DNA from: Candidatus Hadarchaeota archaeon
GTDB taxonomy: Archaea; CAYQAE01; CAYVLA01
Direction: 5' to 3'
Length of the DNA: 25,611 nt
Assembly (NCBI GenBank): GCA_964452145.1
Contig: CAYVLA010000011.1
Span: 1-25,611, forward strand
Shown piece by piece: positions 24,020-25,611 of the stretch; the first letter of the stretch is position 1; every line of letters begins with the position of its first letter. Made by a program: the position numbers and the translations under genes. Below the pieces are notes generated by a model. The model did no database searches. It was not told the DNA's origin and saw only the letters and a list, made by a program, of their open reading frames with translations.

Positions 24020-24727
24020 GTGGTGCAGAGAGTCCTGCTTGGGGCAGTCATCATTGGTCTTGTCCACGGCCTCGAGCCTGGCCACGGATGGCCCATCGCT
24101 GTGCTCTACTCTGCCGCAAGAAGGAGGAGGTTGGTTTCGGCCGTGACGGCTTCCTCGATAATCTCCTTTGCCCACTTCGTGTCGTCCATAGCAGTTGTCG
24201 TGGCGTACGTTGTCTTCACAAACCTTGTCACCCTTCCATCCAAAGTGATGAGTCTGGTTGCGACAGGTCTGCTGGTGATCCTTGGCGTCATGTTTCTCAG
24301 AGAGGCCACCGAGGACATCGAGGAATCCCAGCATGGGCATCTGCACCCCGGCCTCTTCGACTCAATGGAGCACGAGCATGAACATCCACACCTGGATGGA
24401 CGGCAGCACACACACCTGCACCTCCATGAGGAGAGGGAAGTTCTGACTCTTCGGCGGATCGCCGCCGTTGCCTTTGTACTCGGCTTCGCCCACGAAGAGG
24501 AGTTTGCCCTTCTGGCTTTCGTGATGGCGGGCTTGAATCCCTGGGTCCTCATGACAACATATGCCTTTGCGGTTACTGGATCCATACTGGCTGCAACGCT
24601 GGCGGGGCTGAAGATGGTCGAGGCCTTCGAATCCAGAATCACCAAGTACCAGAGATACCTTCCCAAGATCAGCGGGATCATCTTGCTGGCAATGGCCGCG
24701 GTATTTGCTTTCGAGGCCTTGGCGTGA
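24020..24727 (+). CDS. Nickel/cobalt transporter (NiCoT/RcnA-like) with a His-rich loop
   Basis: HGLEPGHGWP in TM1, about 6 TM helices, a loop of QHGHLH...EHEHEHPH...HTHLHLH, and GFAHEEE. Confidence 0.85.
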   Translation: MVQRVLLGAVIIGLVHGLEPGHGWPIAVLYSAARRRRLVSAVTASSIISFAHFVSSIAVVVAYVVFTNLVTLPSKVMSLVATGLLVILGVMFLREATEDIEESQHGHLHPGLFDSMEHEHEHPHLDGRQHTHLHLHEEREVLTLRRIAAVAFVLGFAHEEEFALLAFVMAGLNPWVLMTTYAFAVTGSILAATLAGLKMVEAFESRITKYQRYLPKISGIILLAMAAVFAFEALA

Positions 24728-24897
24728 GGCCGGCACAGGCAATTGACTGCGACCCTCGCACATGGCCCATGGAGAAGGTCTTCTCGGTCGTTGACGTTCG
24801 ATAGCAGGATGGCTCCGACTGCGTTGCACAGGTTTGCCGATGCCGGATGCTGGGCACTTGGTTTCACTTATGGTGCAAGAATGACGCAAAAGCTTGA

Positions 24898-25611
<714 letters not shown>

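Overview
This window is gene-dense, GC-rich (about 60% by eye) chromosomal DNA, most likely from an anaerobic archaeon. The evidence is a Form III RuBisCO, archaeal TATA boxes and GGAGG/GGTGA ribosome-binding sites, a CBS+HPF-like protein, and an SmsCB-type Fe-S system, mixed with many bacterial-type genes. In order it holds: a DUF4838 protein (partial); an operon of agmatinase, DJ-1/PfpI lipoprotein, CBS-HPF hibernation-factor-like protein and RNase HI; a secreted protein; a Gfo/Idh/MocA oxidoreductase; NfeD; sufC/sufB (SMS type); glutamine-dependent nadE; rbcL; an AAC(3)/ceramidase-like/DegT/URO-D/Nif3 cluster; an iscS-iscU-tusA-dsrE operon behind hcp; a Ni/Co transporter; and the 5' end of a bacterial-type PFOR (nifJ). 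I saw no rRNA, tRNA, CRISPR array or transposase. The most notable feature is an IscS that lacks the PLP Schiff-base lysine but is linked to IscU (with an extra Cys tail), TusA and DsrE, which suggests a desulfurase-independent sulfur/Fe-S relay. Other points of interest are the CBS-HPF fusion, catalytic-residue losses in DJ-1 and RNase HI, and a probable 80-nt insertion in the hcp 3' end. All family calls come from motif recognition; no database searches were run.
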